Shown here one piece after another: positions 1 to 9,309 of a stretch of 35,513 nt of DNA. Each line of letters begins with the position of its first letter. Position 1 is the stretch's first letter. Position numbers and translations under genes: made by a program. The stretch covers positions 1 to 35,513 of the forward strand of contig CABUOH010000001.1 in the NCBI GenBank assembly GCA_902493085.1, read 5' to 3'. This DNA is from an uncultured Sutterella sp. (lineage in GTDB: Bacteria > Pseudomonadota > Gammaproteobacteria > Burkholderiales > Burkholderiaceae_F). Under the pieces are notes generated by a model. It was not told where the DNA came from, did no database searches, and saw only the letters and a list, made by a program, of their open reading frames with translations.

Positions 1-163
1 GCGCAATGCCGAGGACTACACGGCAGAGCTTCGCTTTTATCTGGACACGGACAAGCTTCCCAAACCCATGCAGGTCGTGAACACCGGCAGCAGCGACTGG
101 ACGATCACGAGCGACTGGATCGATGTGCCCATTCCGCCTGAAGTGGTCGTCCCTGCGAACTAA
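1..163 (+). CDS. 3' end of DUF4390-family protein (truncated by window edge)
   Basis: Frame 2 reads RNAEDYTAELRFYLDTDKLPKPMQVVNTGSSDWTITSDW...PAN* with TAA at 161-163. The LD..LPKP.QV...W...SDW pattern and position directly before ntrY match the conserved rsmB-DUF4390-ntrY-ntrX-trkA-trkH order. Confidence 0.75.
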   Translation, partial: RNAEDYTAELRFYLDTDKLPKPMQVVNTGSSDWTITSDWIDVPIPPEVVVPAN

Positions 164-172
164 GAGAACCTC

Positions 173-2434
173 ATGCCACGCTGGTTACGCTACAGCACAT
201 TGATCGCCATTTCCTTTGCAAGCGTTGCGATGCTCGGCTTGGCGATCAGTCTTTTCAACTCAAAACTTTTCGACAAGTACTTCCCTTTTCTTCTTGTCTT
301 GAACGCGCTCATTGCAGCCGTCCTCTTCTGCGTCGTAACAACCCTGTGCCTGCGTCTTGCACGACGCCAGCGGCAAAAGCAATACGGCTCTCACATGACG
401 GCCAAACTTGCGCTCACGACAGCACTCATCAGCTTGGTGCCGACGCTCACCGTCTATTCGATCTCCACGGCCTTCATCAGCCGTTCGCTTCAGGATTCCT
501 TCTCACCGCGCGTGGAGGCTTCTCTTGACGCCGGCGTACGCATCACGCAGGAAATGCTAGCCAAACAGGAGCAAACAACGCAGAAGCTTGCACGTGAATT
601 TGCGGAGGAACTCTCTGCCACGCCTACTTCACTGATGCTGCACGACCTGCTCAAACTCCTTGAACCTCATCCCGGCACGGAAGCCCTGGTCCTCACTAGC
701 ACGGGGGCCGCCGTTGCAGCTGCGGGCTCTCGCATCAACGTGCTGATGCCCGACCTACCTTCTCAGCTTCAGCTTAAAACCGCTAAGACTGCGGGCATCT
801 ACAGCATTGTCGACGGCGACACGCTATTTGAGTCGCCTGACGCAACGGACGGCTCAAGCGACCTGCGCATACGCGTCATTATCCCTATTTCAACGCTTCA
901 CACCATCTCCCTTTCCGACTTCAAAACCACAGGTCTGCTTGCCAAGTTTGCCAACCATCAGCAGCTTTTTCTGCAAGTGACACAACCCGTCGACAATACG
1001 ATCGGACTGCACGCGGCCACCCTCGTCGCCGGCTACCGCGAATACCAACAACTCGCCTACAGCCAAAACTCCATGGCAACGCTCTACGCATTGACACTCT
1101 CGCTCATCGTGCTGCTGGCCATCTTCGCAAGCATTCTTGCGGCGCTCTCCTTTGCACGCCGGACGACGTCCCCCGTGATGCAACTCGCCGAGGGCACTAA
1201 ACGCGTTGCCACGGGAGACTTCATGCCCATACGAGAATTTCAGGGTGGCGACGAAATTAACGTGCTTACGCGTTCCTTCAACTCGATGATCAAAGAGGTG
1301 TCCGAAGCCAGACGGGGGCTGGAGCTGCAGCGACTGCAGGCCGAACAGGCCCAAGCCTTTCTCGAGCGCGTTCTCGGCAACATCTCATCCGGCGTCGTGG
1401 TTGTTGACCGCTGGTACACGGTCGTCACCGCCAATCAGGCGGCTCGGCGCATCATGGGAGACGAAAACGTAGCAATCGGGATTTCACTTCGCGAGACGCT
1501 TCCGGAATTCGTTGCAACCCTTGAAGAGCACCAACACCATGAAAGTCTCGATTCGACGCCCGCCCCGCTTGATTTCGAGCTTGAGCAAGACGGCGTGACG
1601 ATTCCACTCTACCTTAAGACCTCCGCCATGCCGCTCGGGACTCAAACAGGTTCCGTACTTGTTTTTGACGACGTGACGGCACTCATGAAGGCGCAACGCG
1701 CCACCGCTTGGGGCGAAGTCGCCAGGCGGTTGGCGCACGAAATCAAAAATCCGCTCCCCCCCATCCGCCTTTCCGCCGAACGCCTCGCTTGGAAGCTTCA
1801 TACCAAATTGACTGAAGAAAAGGATCTGCAGCTTCTTAAACGCACGACCGACACCATCATTGAACAAGTTGACACACTCAGGCAGATGGTCAATGATTTT
1901 CGTGAGTATGCGCGCATGCCGGCCGCGTCCCCTCAGCCTCTGAAACTCAACGAATTCATGGACAGCATCCTGCAGCTTTATCACGACGCCGGACACGCCA
2001 TTACCTTCACTCCGACGCCCGATCTGCCTGAAATCGACGCAGACCCGGCACAGCTCAGACAAGTGCTTCACAATCTGATTTCCAACAGTCTGGAAGCTGT
2101 CACTGGCGATGAACCCGCCAGGATTTCGATCAAAACGGAGGCTTTGAAATCCAAATACCATGCAGACGCTATAGGCGCTGTTAAACTCTCTATTGAGGAT
2201 AACGGACCGGGCTTTACAGATAAAATTCTAGATGCCGCTTTTGAACCCTATGTCACAACCAAACCGACGGGAACGGGGCTTGGCCTGCCGATCGTGAAAA
2301 AGATTCTGGACGACCACGGCGCCGCCATAAAGCTCAAGAATCTCAAGGACGAAGGAACCGAAGGTATTCTCGGCGCGTCCGTCGAAATTATCTTCAAAGT
2401 CTCCCGGCGAGAGCACAACCCAATTTCCAACTGA
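173..2434 (+). CDS. ntrY: NtrY/PlrS-like sensor histidine kinase (TM, HAMP, PAS, HisKA, HATPase_c)
   Basis: N-terminal TM helices; HAMP (DEINVLTRSFNSM); H-box AWGEVARRLAHEIKNPL; N-box QVLHNLISN; G boxes DNGPG, FEPYVTTK, GTGLGL. Confidence 0.9.
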   Translation: MPRWLRYSTLIAISFASVAMLGLAISLFNSKLFDKYFPFLLVLNALIAAVLFCVVTTLCLRLARRQRQKQYGSHMTAKLALTTALISLVPTLTVYSISTAFISRSLQDSFSPRVEASLDAGVRITQEMLAKQEQTTQKLAREFAEELSATPTSLMLHDLLKLLEPHPGTEALVLTSTGAAVAAAGSRINVLMPDLPSQLQLKTAKTAGIYSIVDGDTLFESPDATDGSSDLRIRVIIPISTLHTISLSDFKTTGLLAKFANHQQLFLQVTQPVDNTIGLHAATLVAGYREYQQLAYSQNSMATLYALTLSLIVLLAIFASILAALSFARRTTSPVMQLAEGTKRVATGDFMPIREFQGGDEINVLTRSFNSMIKEVSEARRGLELQRLQAEQAQAFLERVLGNISSGVVVVDRWYTVVTANQAARRIMGDENVAIGISLRETLPEFVATLEEHQHHESLDSTPAPLDFELEQDGVTIPLYLKTSAMPLGTQTGSVLVFDDVTALMKAQRATAWGEVARRLAHEIKNPLPPIRLSAERLAWKLHTKLTEEKDLQLLKRTTDTIIEQVDTLRQMVNDFREYARMPAASPQPLKLNEFMDSILQLYHDAGHAITFTPTPDLPEIDADPAQLRQVLHNLISNSLEAVTGDEPARISIKTEALKSKYHADAIGAVKLSIEDNGPGFTDKILDAAFEPYVTTKPTGTGLGLPIVKKILDDHGAAIKLKNLKDEGTEGILGASVEIIFKVSRREHNPISN

Positions 2435-2442
2435 GCCACAAC

Positions 2443-3342
2443 ATGCACACAGTCCTGATCGTTGACGATGAATACGGCATCCGCGACCTTCTCTCCGAAA
2501 TTCTGGAGGATGAGGGCTACCGGGTCTTTACCGCCGAAAATGCACAGGCCGCTCGACAGCTAGTTCATGAGCGCGAATTCGACCTGATCCTTCTCGACAT
2601 CTGGATGCCCGACATGGACGGTGTCTCCCTCCTGAAGGAATGGTATTCACAGAAAGCCGTTCTGTGTCCTATCGTGATGATGTCCGGTCACGGCACCATC
2701 GAGACCGCCATGGAAGCCACGCGCTTCGGCGCCAGAGACTTCCTTGAAAAACCGATCTCCATGCAGCAGCTTCTCAAGACGTGCAGGGAAACGATCATGT
2801 TTTGGGACCATGAAAAAACGGTGCGCGCCCGCGAACATGCAAAGGCCATGGCCGCCAACACGGCCATGGCAGGATGGCAGGGCGCGTCTTGCATGCCTCA
2901 GACTGTTTCTCTTGCCAACCTAAACGACAAATCCAAGTACTGCGACCACTTTATTATCACGGACCTGCCCTCACGCATCGGCCCCCAGGCTCGCCTGCCG
3001 ATCGTTGAGATCCCTGATCTCTACTTCACGATCAACTACAACCTGCCGTTGCGCGAACTTCGCGACAATCTTGAACGCGCCTACTTCACTCGTGTCGCCA
3101 AGTATTACGGCGGTTCGATGACGCCGCTCTCCAAACACTCCGGCTTGGAACGCACCCACCTTTATCGTAAGCTGCACCAACTGGGCCTTGAAATCAAGAA
3201 AGCTGCCAAAAAGGACGATCCAGCCAAGACGGAAAATGCTGCCGACTCTACAGCTTCCGCCCCACAGGCCGCCTCCCCCAAGATGGTCGCTCACAGTAGC
3301 ATTTTCGATTCTGATCATGCGACCGACTCTGAAAAGTCATGA
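2443..3342 (+). CDS. ntrX: NtrX/PlrR-like response regulator (REC + Fis-type HTH, no AAA+ domain)
   Basis: REC motifs VLIVDDE, LLDIWMPDMDG, MMSGHG, FLEKP; C-terminal SGLERTHLYRKL HTH; follows ntrY. Confidence 0.88.
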   Translation: MHTVLIVDDEYGIRDLLSEILEDEGYRVFTAENAQAARQLVHEREFDLILLDIWMPDMDGVSLLKEWYSQKAVLCPIVMMSGHGTIETAMEATRFGARDFLEKPISMQQLLKTCRETIMFWDHEKTVRAREHAKAMAANTAMAGWQGASCMPQTVSLANLNDKSKYCDHFIITDLPSRIGPQARLPIVEIPDLYFTINYNLPLRELRDNLERAYFTRVAKYYGGSMTPLSKHSGLERTHLYRKLHQLGLEIKKAAKKDDPAKTENAADSTASAPQAASPKMVAHSSIFDSDHATDSEKS

Positions 3343-4748
3343 AAATTTTGATTGTGGGCGCTGGCCGCATTGGCTGTTCCGTTGCCGAAAGTCTTGTCTC
3401 CGAAGCCAATGACATTACCGTCGTTGACCAGGATTCGGAACGCATTGGAGCTCTGCAATCGAGATTCGACCTGCGCGGGGTCGTCGGCAACGCTACGAGC
3501 CCTCAGGTGCTTACCGACGCGGGTGCAGCCGATACGGACATGCTGATCGCCGTCACCTCGAGCGACGAGACGAACCTCGTGGTGACGATGCTTTGCGCCC
3601 GCATTTTCAACATTCCCACCCGCATCGCACGCGTGCGCAACAACGAACTGCGCGACTACCCCCGCATTCTGGGCGAGGAAGGCTTTGAGGCCACCTCCAT
3701 CATCTGGCCTGAACAAGCTCTCGTGAGTTATCTCATCAAGCTCATCGACTTCCCTGAAGCCATTCAAGTCCAGGAATTCGGCGAAGGACTTGCAAGCCTG
3801 ATCGCCGTGCGCGCAAAATCTGGCAGTCCGCTCGTTGGGCGCCCAATCCGAGAACTCTTCACGCATTTGCCTCAGGTCCCCGCCCGCATTGTGGCCATTT
3901 TCCGCCGCAACCGTCGACTTGAAGTGAATGCCTCCACCATTGTCGAAGCAGGAGATGAAGTCATCTGCCTGTGCGACACCAGGCATGCCAGGCAAGTCAT
4001 GGCGGAACTTCGTCATCGAGAACGCCCCGTGCGCAGCATCATGATTGCCGGCAAACCGAGCTTCACCCTCAACCTCGCGCGCATGCTCAAGACGGGAGAA
4101 AGCCGTCCGGGCGGAGACTTCGACATTCGGATTCTGGAAAACAATCGAAACGTTGTGAAGCGCCTCTCCCGCGAGCTCGGCGACTCCGCCATGCTCATCG
4201 AGGGCGACTTTACGGATGAGGACGTGCTTGACGCAGCCGGCATCGAGACGTGCGACCTTTTTATTGCAGTATCCGAAAACGATGAGAACAACATCCTTGG
4301 CGCGCTTCTGGCCAAGAAGCTCGGGGCAGGCAAAACCATCGCGCTCGTCAACCGAAAAGCCTACGGCGATCTGATGCAGGGAAGCCAGATCGACATTACC
4401 CTATCCACCACCACCGCCGCGCTCGGCGAATTGATCCGACACGTACGCCGCGGTGACGTTGCTGCCGCCTACAGCCTGAGACGAGGCGCTGCCGAGGCAC
4501 TCGAAATCGTAGCGCACGGCGATCGACGAAGCTCCAAAGTCGTCGGTCGGCGCATCGGCACCATTTCTCTCCCGGAAGGTTGCGCTATAGGCGCGCTGAT
4601 TCGAGGCAGCGACGAAAATGCGCTTGTGCTGATGGGCGACAAGGACACCATCATCGAAGCGGAAGATCATGTGATCGTCTTCGTGCCGTCCAAGAAGCTC
4701 ATCCCGAAGATTGAACGCCTCTTCACGGTCAACGTCGGCTTCTTCTAA
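3339..4748 (+). CDS. trkA: Trk potassium uptake gating subunit
   Basis: MKILIVGAGRIG, AVTSSDETN, LRRGAAEALE; two RCK domains; ATGA overlap with ntrX. Confidence 0.95.
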   Translation: MKILIVGAGRIGCSVAESLVSEANDITVVDQDSERIGALQSRFDLRGVVGNATSPQVLTDAGAADTDMLIAVTSSDETNLVVTMLCARIFNIPTRIARVRNNELRDYPRILGEEGFEATSIIWPEQALVSYLIKLIDFPEAIQVQEFGEGLASLIAVRAKSGSPLVGRPIRELFTHLPQVPARIVAIFRRNRRLEVNASTIVEAGDEVICLCDTRHARQVMAELRHRERPVRSIMIAGKPSFTLNLARMLKTGESRPGGDFDIRILENNRNVVKRLSRELGDSAMLIEGDFTDEDVLDAAGIETCDLFIAVSENDENNILGALLAKKLGAGKTIALVNRKAYGDLMQGSQIDITLSTTTAALGELIRHVRRGDVAAAYSLRRGAAEALEIVAHGDRRSSKVVGRRIGTISLPEGCAIGALIRGSDENALVLMGDKDTIIEAEDHVIVFVPSKKLIPKIERLFTVNVGFF

Positions 4749-4763
4749 GGAGGCCGGAGCGTC

Positions 4764-6236
4764 ATGTTCAACACGATCCGCTATCTGCTGTTGCCTGTAC
4801 TCAATGCCTCCGGCCCGGTTTTCGTCTGGCTCGCGGCAGCGCTACTCATTCCGTTTGTACTCTCCGTCTCAAAGCAGGACGGCGCGGCAGGCAGCTTTCT
4901 GACGTGTCTTCTCATCACGCTCACCACAGGCCTCGCCTTGATGTTTCTGACGCGCCGATGGCGTCGTGAGCTTACTTCAAGACACGGCTTCCTGCTGGTG
5001 ACGCTCATCTGGACCGCTGTTCCGCTCTTCGGCACGCTGCCCTTCGTCATCGAACGCCCCGACATGAGCTTTGCTCAGCTCTACTTTGAGATGATGTCCT
5101 GTCTCACCACGACAGGTGCGACCGTCTTTACGGGACTCGACGAGCTGCCCGTCTCGCTCAACGGTTGGAGATGCTTCCTTTCCTGGATCGGCGGCATGGG
5201 CCTCATCGTGCTGTCCGTTGCCATTCTGCCGCTGCTCGGTGTCGGCGGATCACAGATCATCAAGGCTGAAACAACAGGCCCTCTCAAGGAACATCGTCTC
5301 ACGCCACGCATTGCCGACACGGCCAAGGCGCTCTACATCATCTACCTTGGCGTGTCCGTTGCCTGCGCAATCTCGTACCATCTGGCAGGCATGGAATGGG
5401 AGGATGCCATCATGCACATGATGACAACCGTCAGCCTTTCCGGCATCTCCACACACGATGCGAGCTTCGGATACTTCAACAATCCGGTCGTTGACGCAGT
5501 GGCCATCGTCTTCATGCTGATCAGCGGCTTCAACTTTTCGCTCCACTTCATTGCTTGGCGACGCAGGAACTTCCTGATCTACCTTCAAGATGCGGAGGCG
5601 AGAGCTTGGATAGCAACAGCAACACTGATGTCGGTCCTGACGATCATCGTGCTCGCCGATGCACACGTCTACGATACATCGGCGGAAACAGTCAGGCACG
5701 CGCTTTTTTCCGTGGTTTCCGTCATCACAACGACAGGCTACGCAACTGAAGACTACGCCTCCTGGCCGCTCGGACTGCCTTTTCTGCTGCTGACCGTAGC
5801 CGCGTTTGCAACATGCGCAGGCTCGACCGGGGGCGGCATCAAGATGGTCCGCCTTTTGATCATTCTCGGTATGATTCGACGAGAAATGACAAAGCTGCTG
5901 TTTCCGAAAGCTGTCGTGCCGCTTACGCTTAACAAGATGCCTATCGATGAAAAGGTTTGCGTCGCCGTGCTAGCCTACTTTATGGTCTGGCTCTCATCCT
6001 TCGTCATCGGAGGAGCCGTGTTGCTTCTGACCGGGCTTGCCCCCGCGGATGCCGTCAGCGCCGCTTGGGCCATGCTCTCAAACATCGGCCCCGGCCTCGG
6101 CAGCGTCGGACCAACCGGGAACTACGCAGCCTTGAGCGACATTCAGCTGTCGATCTGTTCATTCCTGATGCTCATCGGACGTCTTGAGATCTTCACCGTA
6201 TTTGCGATTTTCACGCGAAACTTCTGGCGGATTTGA
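4764..6236 (+). CDS. trkH: Trk potassium uptake membrane subunit
   Basis: Four pore loops (TTTGAT, SLSGIS, TTTGYA, NIGPGLG), GSTGGGIK, GRLE; AGGAGG RBS upstream. Confidence 0.95.
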   Translation: MFNTIRYLLLPVLNASGPVFVWLAAALLIPFVLSVSKQDGAAGSFLTCLLITLTTGLALMFLTRRWRRELTSRHGFLLVTLIWTAVPLFGTLPFVIERPDMSFAQLYFEMMSCLTTTGATVFTGLDELPVSLNGWRCFLSWIGGMGLIVLSVAILPLLGVGGSQIIKAETTGPLKEHRLTPRIADTAKALYIIYLGVSVACAISYHLAGMEWEDAIMHMMTTVSLSGISTHDASFGYFNNPVVDAVAIVFMLISGFNFSLHFIAWRRRNFLIYLQDAEARAWIATATLMSVLTIIVLADAHVYDTSAETVRHALFSVVSVITTTGYATEDYASWPLGLPFLLLTVAAFATCAGSTGGGIKMVRLLIILGMIRREMTKLLFPKAVVPLTLNKMPIDEKVCVAVLAYFMVWLSSFVIGGAVLLLTGLAPADAVSAAWAMLSNIGPGLGSVGPTGNYAALSDIQLSICSFLMLIGRLEIFTVFAIFTRNFWRI

Positions 6237-6269
6237 CGTCGGCAAAAAGACCATCATTCCGGAACCGCC

Positions 6270-6650
6270 CTACGGACGGCCCCACATGATCGCGTCACCA
6301 TGCTTGATGGCGCGCTTGATCATGGACTGCAGGGGCACAACACGCTGAAAGAAATTGATTTTCTCGACGGCACTCCTCGCTTCCTTCTCCTCCTCCTCGC
6401 GCATACGCAACTCCTCATCATAAGTGCACTCGCGCAGCTTGCGCTCACGCTCCGCCTCGATTTCCGCAAGGCGCTCCTTGTCCTTGCGAGCCTCCTCATC
6501 AAGGAGCTTCAGAAGCTCGGGTAACTCGTCGCAGGAAAAAGCCCCTGTCTCGGTCCACGGTCGATCAAGCACCTTGAAGACGCGTCTGGCCGTTTCCTCG
6601 AACATGATGAACGGTCCGGTGGCACGGCATGAAAAAAGCACCAGAGACAT
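6270..6650 (-). CDS. DUF1840-family protein
   Basis: LVLFSCRATGPFIMF N-terminus and QRVVPLQSMIKRA...IMWG C-terminus resemble DUF1840. ATG at 6650 preferred; GTG at 6659 is possible. Confidence 0.65.
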   Translation of the reverse strand: MSLVLFSCRATGPFIMFEETARRVFKVLDRPWTETGAFSCDELPELLKLLDEEARKDKERLAEIEAERERKLRECTYDEELRMREEEEKEARSAVEKINFFQRVVPLQSMIKRAIKHGDAIMWGRP

Positions 6651-6734
6651 AGAAGACACTCCCGTTACAAGCTTGGGTTACACTACTTCGCGTAACATAC
6701 TCTCTGAATTTTATCGTACCTACCGGAGCTTCCT

Positions 6735-7172
6735 GTGTCTGTCGGGATCTGCATCATCGCCCACGAACCGCTGGCCAGTGCATTGAAAACCTGCGCCCAG
6801 CACATTTTCAGCGTCACGGGCGACCCTTTCTGCGATTCCATCGCTACTTTCGATGTTCCTGGCAACGTTGACGTCGAACACGGCGAAGCGCAGGCCCGCA
6901 GGCTCATCTCGACCTTCGATGCTGATCAGGACATCCTCATTTTTACGGATGTCCTTGGCGCGACACCATCCAACATTGCTCATCGCCTTCTAGACAGACC
7001 GCAGGTCCGAGTCATCACAGGCGTCAATCTGCCCGCACTCATCACCGCTCTCAATCACCACGCGGAATGCGCGGCTCGCATTGCTGTCATAGCCGAGGGA
7101 GCTGCCCGAGGCGGCATCTCCACCTCCTACGGCAAGCCTTCCGCCACCAAGGACACCGCCCATGCAGACTAA
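6735..7172 (+). CDS. PTS EIIA, mannose/fructose family (stand-alone)
   Basis: ICIIAHEPLA phospho-His motif, TDVLGATPSN, GVNLP. Confidence 0.9.
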   Translation: MSVGICIIAHEPLASALKTCAQHIFSVTGDPFCDSIATFDVPGNVDVEHGEAQARRLISTFDADQDILIFTDVLGATPSNIAHRLLDRPQVRVITGVNLPALITALNHHAECAARIAVIAEGAARGGISTSYGKPSATKDTAHAD

Positions 7173-7431
7173 GCAGCTCACAGTGCTCAACAAACTCGGG
7201 CTTCATGCCCGTCCGTGCGCCCTGCTCGCTAAAACCGCAGGCTGCTTTAAATCCTCCATCACGCTCACACACAACAATCACAGCGTAGATGCCAAATCGA
7301 TTCTCGGCCTCATGACCATGGCCGTCCCCGCTGGCACAACACTCACCATCACCACGGACGGCCCTGACGAAGTGAGCGCCGTCAAGGACATCGCCGCCCT
7401 TTTCGACAACAAGTTCGGCGAGCAAGCCTAA
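7162..7431 (+). CDS. ptsH: Phosphocarrier protein HPr
   Basis: NKLGLHARP (His15) and DAKSIL (Ser46 site); 89 aa. Confidence 0.95.
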   Translation: MQTKQLTVLNKLGLHARPCALLAKTAGCFKSSITLTHNNHSVDAKSILGLMTMAVPAGTTLTITTDGPDEVSAVKDIAALFDNKFGEQA

Positions 7432-7446
7432 GACGGAGAACCCACC

Positions 7447-9309
7447 ATGAGCGACGAAACCCTCGTGACGTCCTCGGGCAGCGCAGGACAGATCACTCCT
7501 CCTGAAAAACTGACGGGCATCAGCGTCTATCCCGGCATCGCATTCGGTCTCTGCCAGCACTTTTCCGCCGGTGACCTGGAAGTGCCCCAGTTTGTCATTG
7601 AAAAGACCGGCACTCGAGGAGAAATACAGAGACTGCGCGCAGCCATCACTACCGTCGACAAGCAGCTCGGCGCTTTAATTGACTCCGCCGATGAGGACTT
7701 GCCGGCCGAGGCAGCAGCATTCATCGACGTCCACCGCACGATCCTGCGCGACCCGGCTCTCATAGAAGAAACCGTCGACATCATCAAGGAAAAGCTCGTC
7801 AATGCCGAATGGGCATTGTCCCTGCGCCTCGAAAAAACCCGCCGTGACTTTGAAGCCATCGAAGATGACTACATCCGCGAACGCATCAAGGACATCGCAC
7901 ACGTCGTCCTGCGCGTACAACGCGTACTTACGGGCAGACGCTCCGCCTCCAGCCTCTTGGAAGCGGAAGGGCTTGACGAAACGATCATTCTCGTAGCCGA
8001 CCAGCTTGATCCCGCAGACATGCTGCTTTTGCGAGGCCGAGACGATCTCGACATCGCCGGCATCATCCTTGAAGAAGGCAGTATCACAAGTCATGCCGTC
8101 ATTCTTGCGCGATCCCTTGAAATCCCGACGCTCGTCGGCGTAAAAGGCGCCTGCGAGATTCTCGAGACCGACATACCTATTCTGCTCAATGCCGATGAAG
8201 AGGTCATCGAGCTCAGCCCTTCCGCCGAAAAGCGCAGAAACGCCCGCCAGCGCATGAAGCTATTGACCGCCGAGAAGAAGCGCCTCAAGAAGCTCAAGCA
8301 ATTCGACGCGGTCACGTTGGATGGACATACGATTCAGTTGCTTGCGAACATAGCGCTACCCGAAGACGTCAAGGATGCTCATCGCGCCGGCGCCGACGGT
8401 GTGGGACTCTTCCGCACAGAATTCCTCTTCATGAACCGCAATGATCTGCCTAGCGAAGATGAGCAATACACTGCGTACTGCCGCGTCATCCGATCCATGA
8501 AAGGACAACCCGTCGTAATCCGAATAGCCGACCTTGGCGGCGACAAGGTCATGTCATCGGATGCTCTCGGCAAGCTCACGACCGAACCCCTCGAGGAAAT
8601 GAATCCCTCTCTAGGTCTCAGAGCCCTGCGATTTTGCTTCGCATATCCGAAGCTCTTCATCACGCAGTTGCGCGCCATTCTCCGTGCTGCGGCCATCGGT
8701 TCGGGCAACGTCAGCATCCTGCTGCCGATGGTCACCTCGCCGGAAGATGTCAATCGCGTGCGGGAGTTCATATCTCAAGCTCGCGAACAACTTGCAGATG
8801 AAGGTCAGAAATTCGCTGCGAACATTCCCCTCGGCGGCATGATCGAAGTGCCCGCCGCCGTCATGATGCTCAAAGATCTGATCCCGGTCCTCGACTTCTT
8901 CTCGCTCGGCACCAACGACCTTGTACAGTACACGCTGGCCGTCGATCGTACAAACGCGGCGGTTTCCAAGTACTATGACGAATGCCACCCGAGCGTGCTT
9001 CGCATGATTGCAGCTACCGTTCGGCAAGTTCATCAGGCCGGCAAGAGCGTGTCCGTCTGCGGTGAAATGGCCGCTCGACAAGAACTCGTTCCGTTCTTCA
9101 TCGGACTGGGTTGCACGCGACTATCGATGACGCTCACCCAGATTCCCACCATCAAGAAGCGTATTCTGAAAACAGACAGAGCCAAGGCAGAAATCTTCGC
9201 CACCAGCGTGTTGCGGCGCCGTTCCGTCAAGGCAGTCCACCAATCCTTTATTCAAGAGGAGGAGGCCTTCCAGAATAGGAAGGTCGCTGATCCGTCCACC
9301 ACCCTATGA
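7447..9309 (+). CDS. ptsI: PTS Enzyme I (no GAF domain)
   Basis: TSHAVI phospho-His, GVGLFRTEF, DLGGDK, MIEVP, SLGTNDL, CGEMA. Confidence 0.95.
   Translation: MSDETLVTSSGSAGQITPPEKLTGISVYPGIAFGLCQHFSAGDLEVPQFVIEKTGTRGEIQRLRAAITTVDKQLGALIDSADEDLPAEAAAFIDVHRTILRDPALIEETVDIIKEKLVNAEWALSLRLEKTRRDFEAIEDDYIRERIKDIAHVVLRVQRVLTGRRSASSLLEAEGLDETIILVADQLDPADMLLLRGRDDLDIAGIILEEGSITSHAVILARSLEIPTLVGVKGACEILETDIPILLNADEEVIELSPSAEKRRNARQRMKLLTAEKKRLKKLKQFDAVTLDGHTIQLLANIALPEDVKDAHRAGADGVGLFRTEFLFMNRNDLPSEDEQYTAYCRVIRSMKGQPVVIRIADLGGDKVMSSDALGKLTTEPLEEMNPSLGLRALRFCFAYPKLFITQLRAILRAAAIGSGNVSILLPMVTSPEDVNRVREFISQAREQLADEGQKFAANIPLGGMIEVPAAVMMLKDLIPVLDFFSLGTNDLVQYTLAVDRTNAAVSKYYDECHPSVLRMIAATVRQVHQAGKSVSVCGEMAARQELVPFFIGLGCTRLSMTLTQIPTIKKRILKTDRAKAEIFATSVLRRRSVKAVHQSFIQEEEAFQNRKVADPSTTL

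Noticed and set aside
6207..6222. parS-like sequence ATTTTCACGCGAAACT
   Set aside because: Only 12/16 matches to TGTTTCACGTGAAACA, and it is explained by TrkH codons (IFTRNF).
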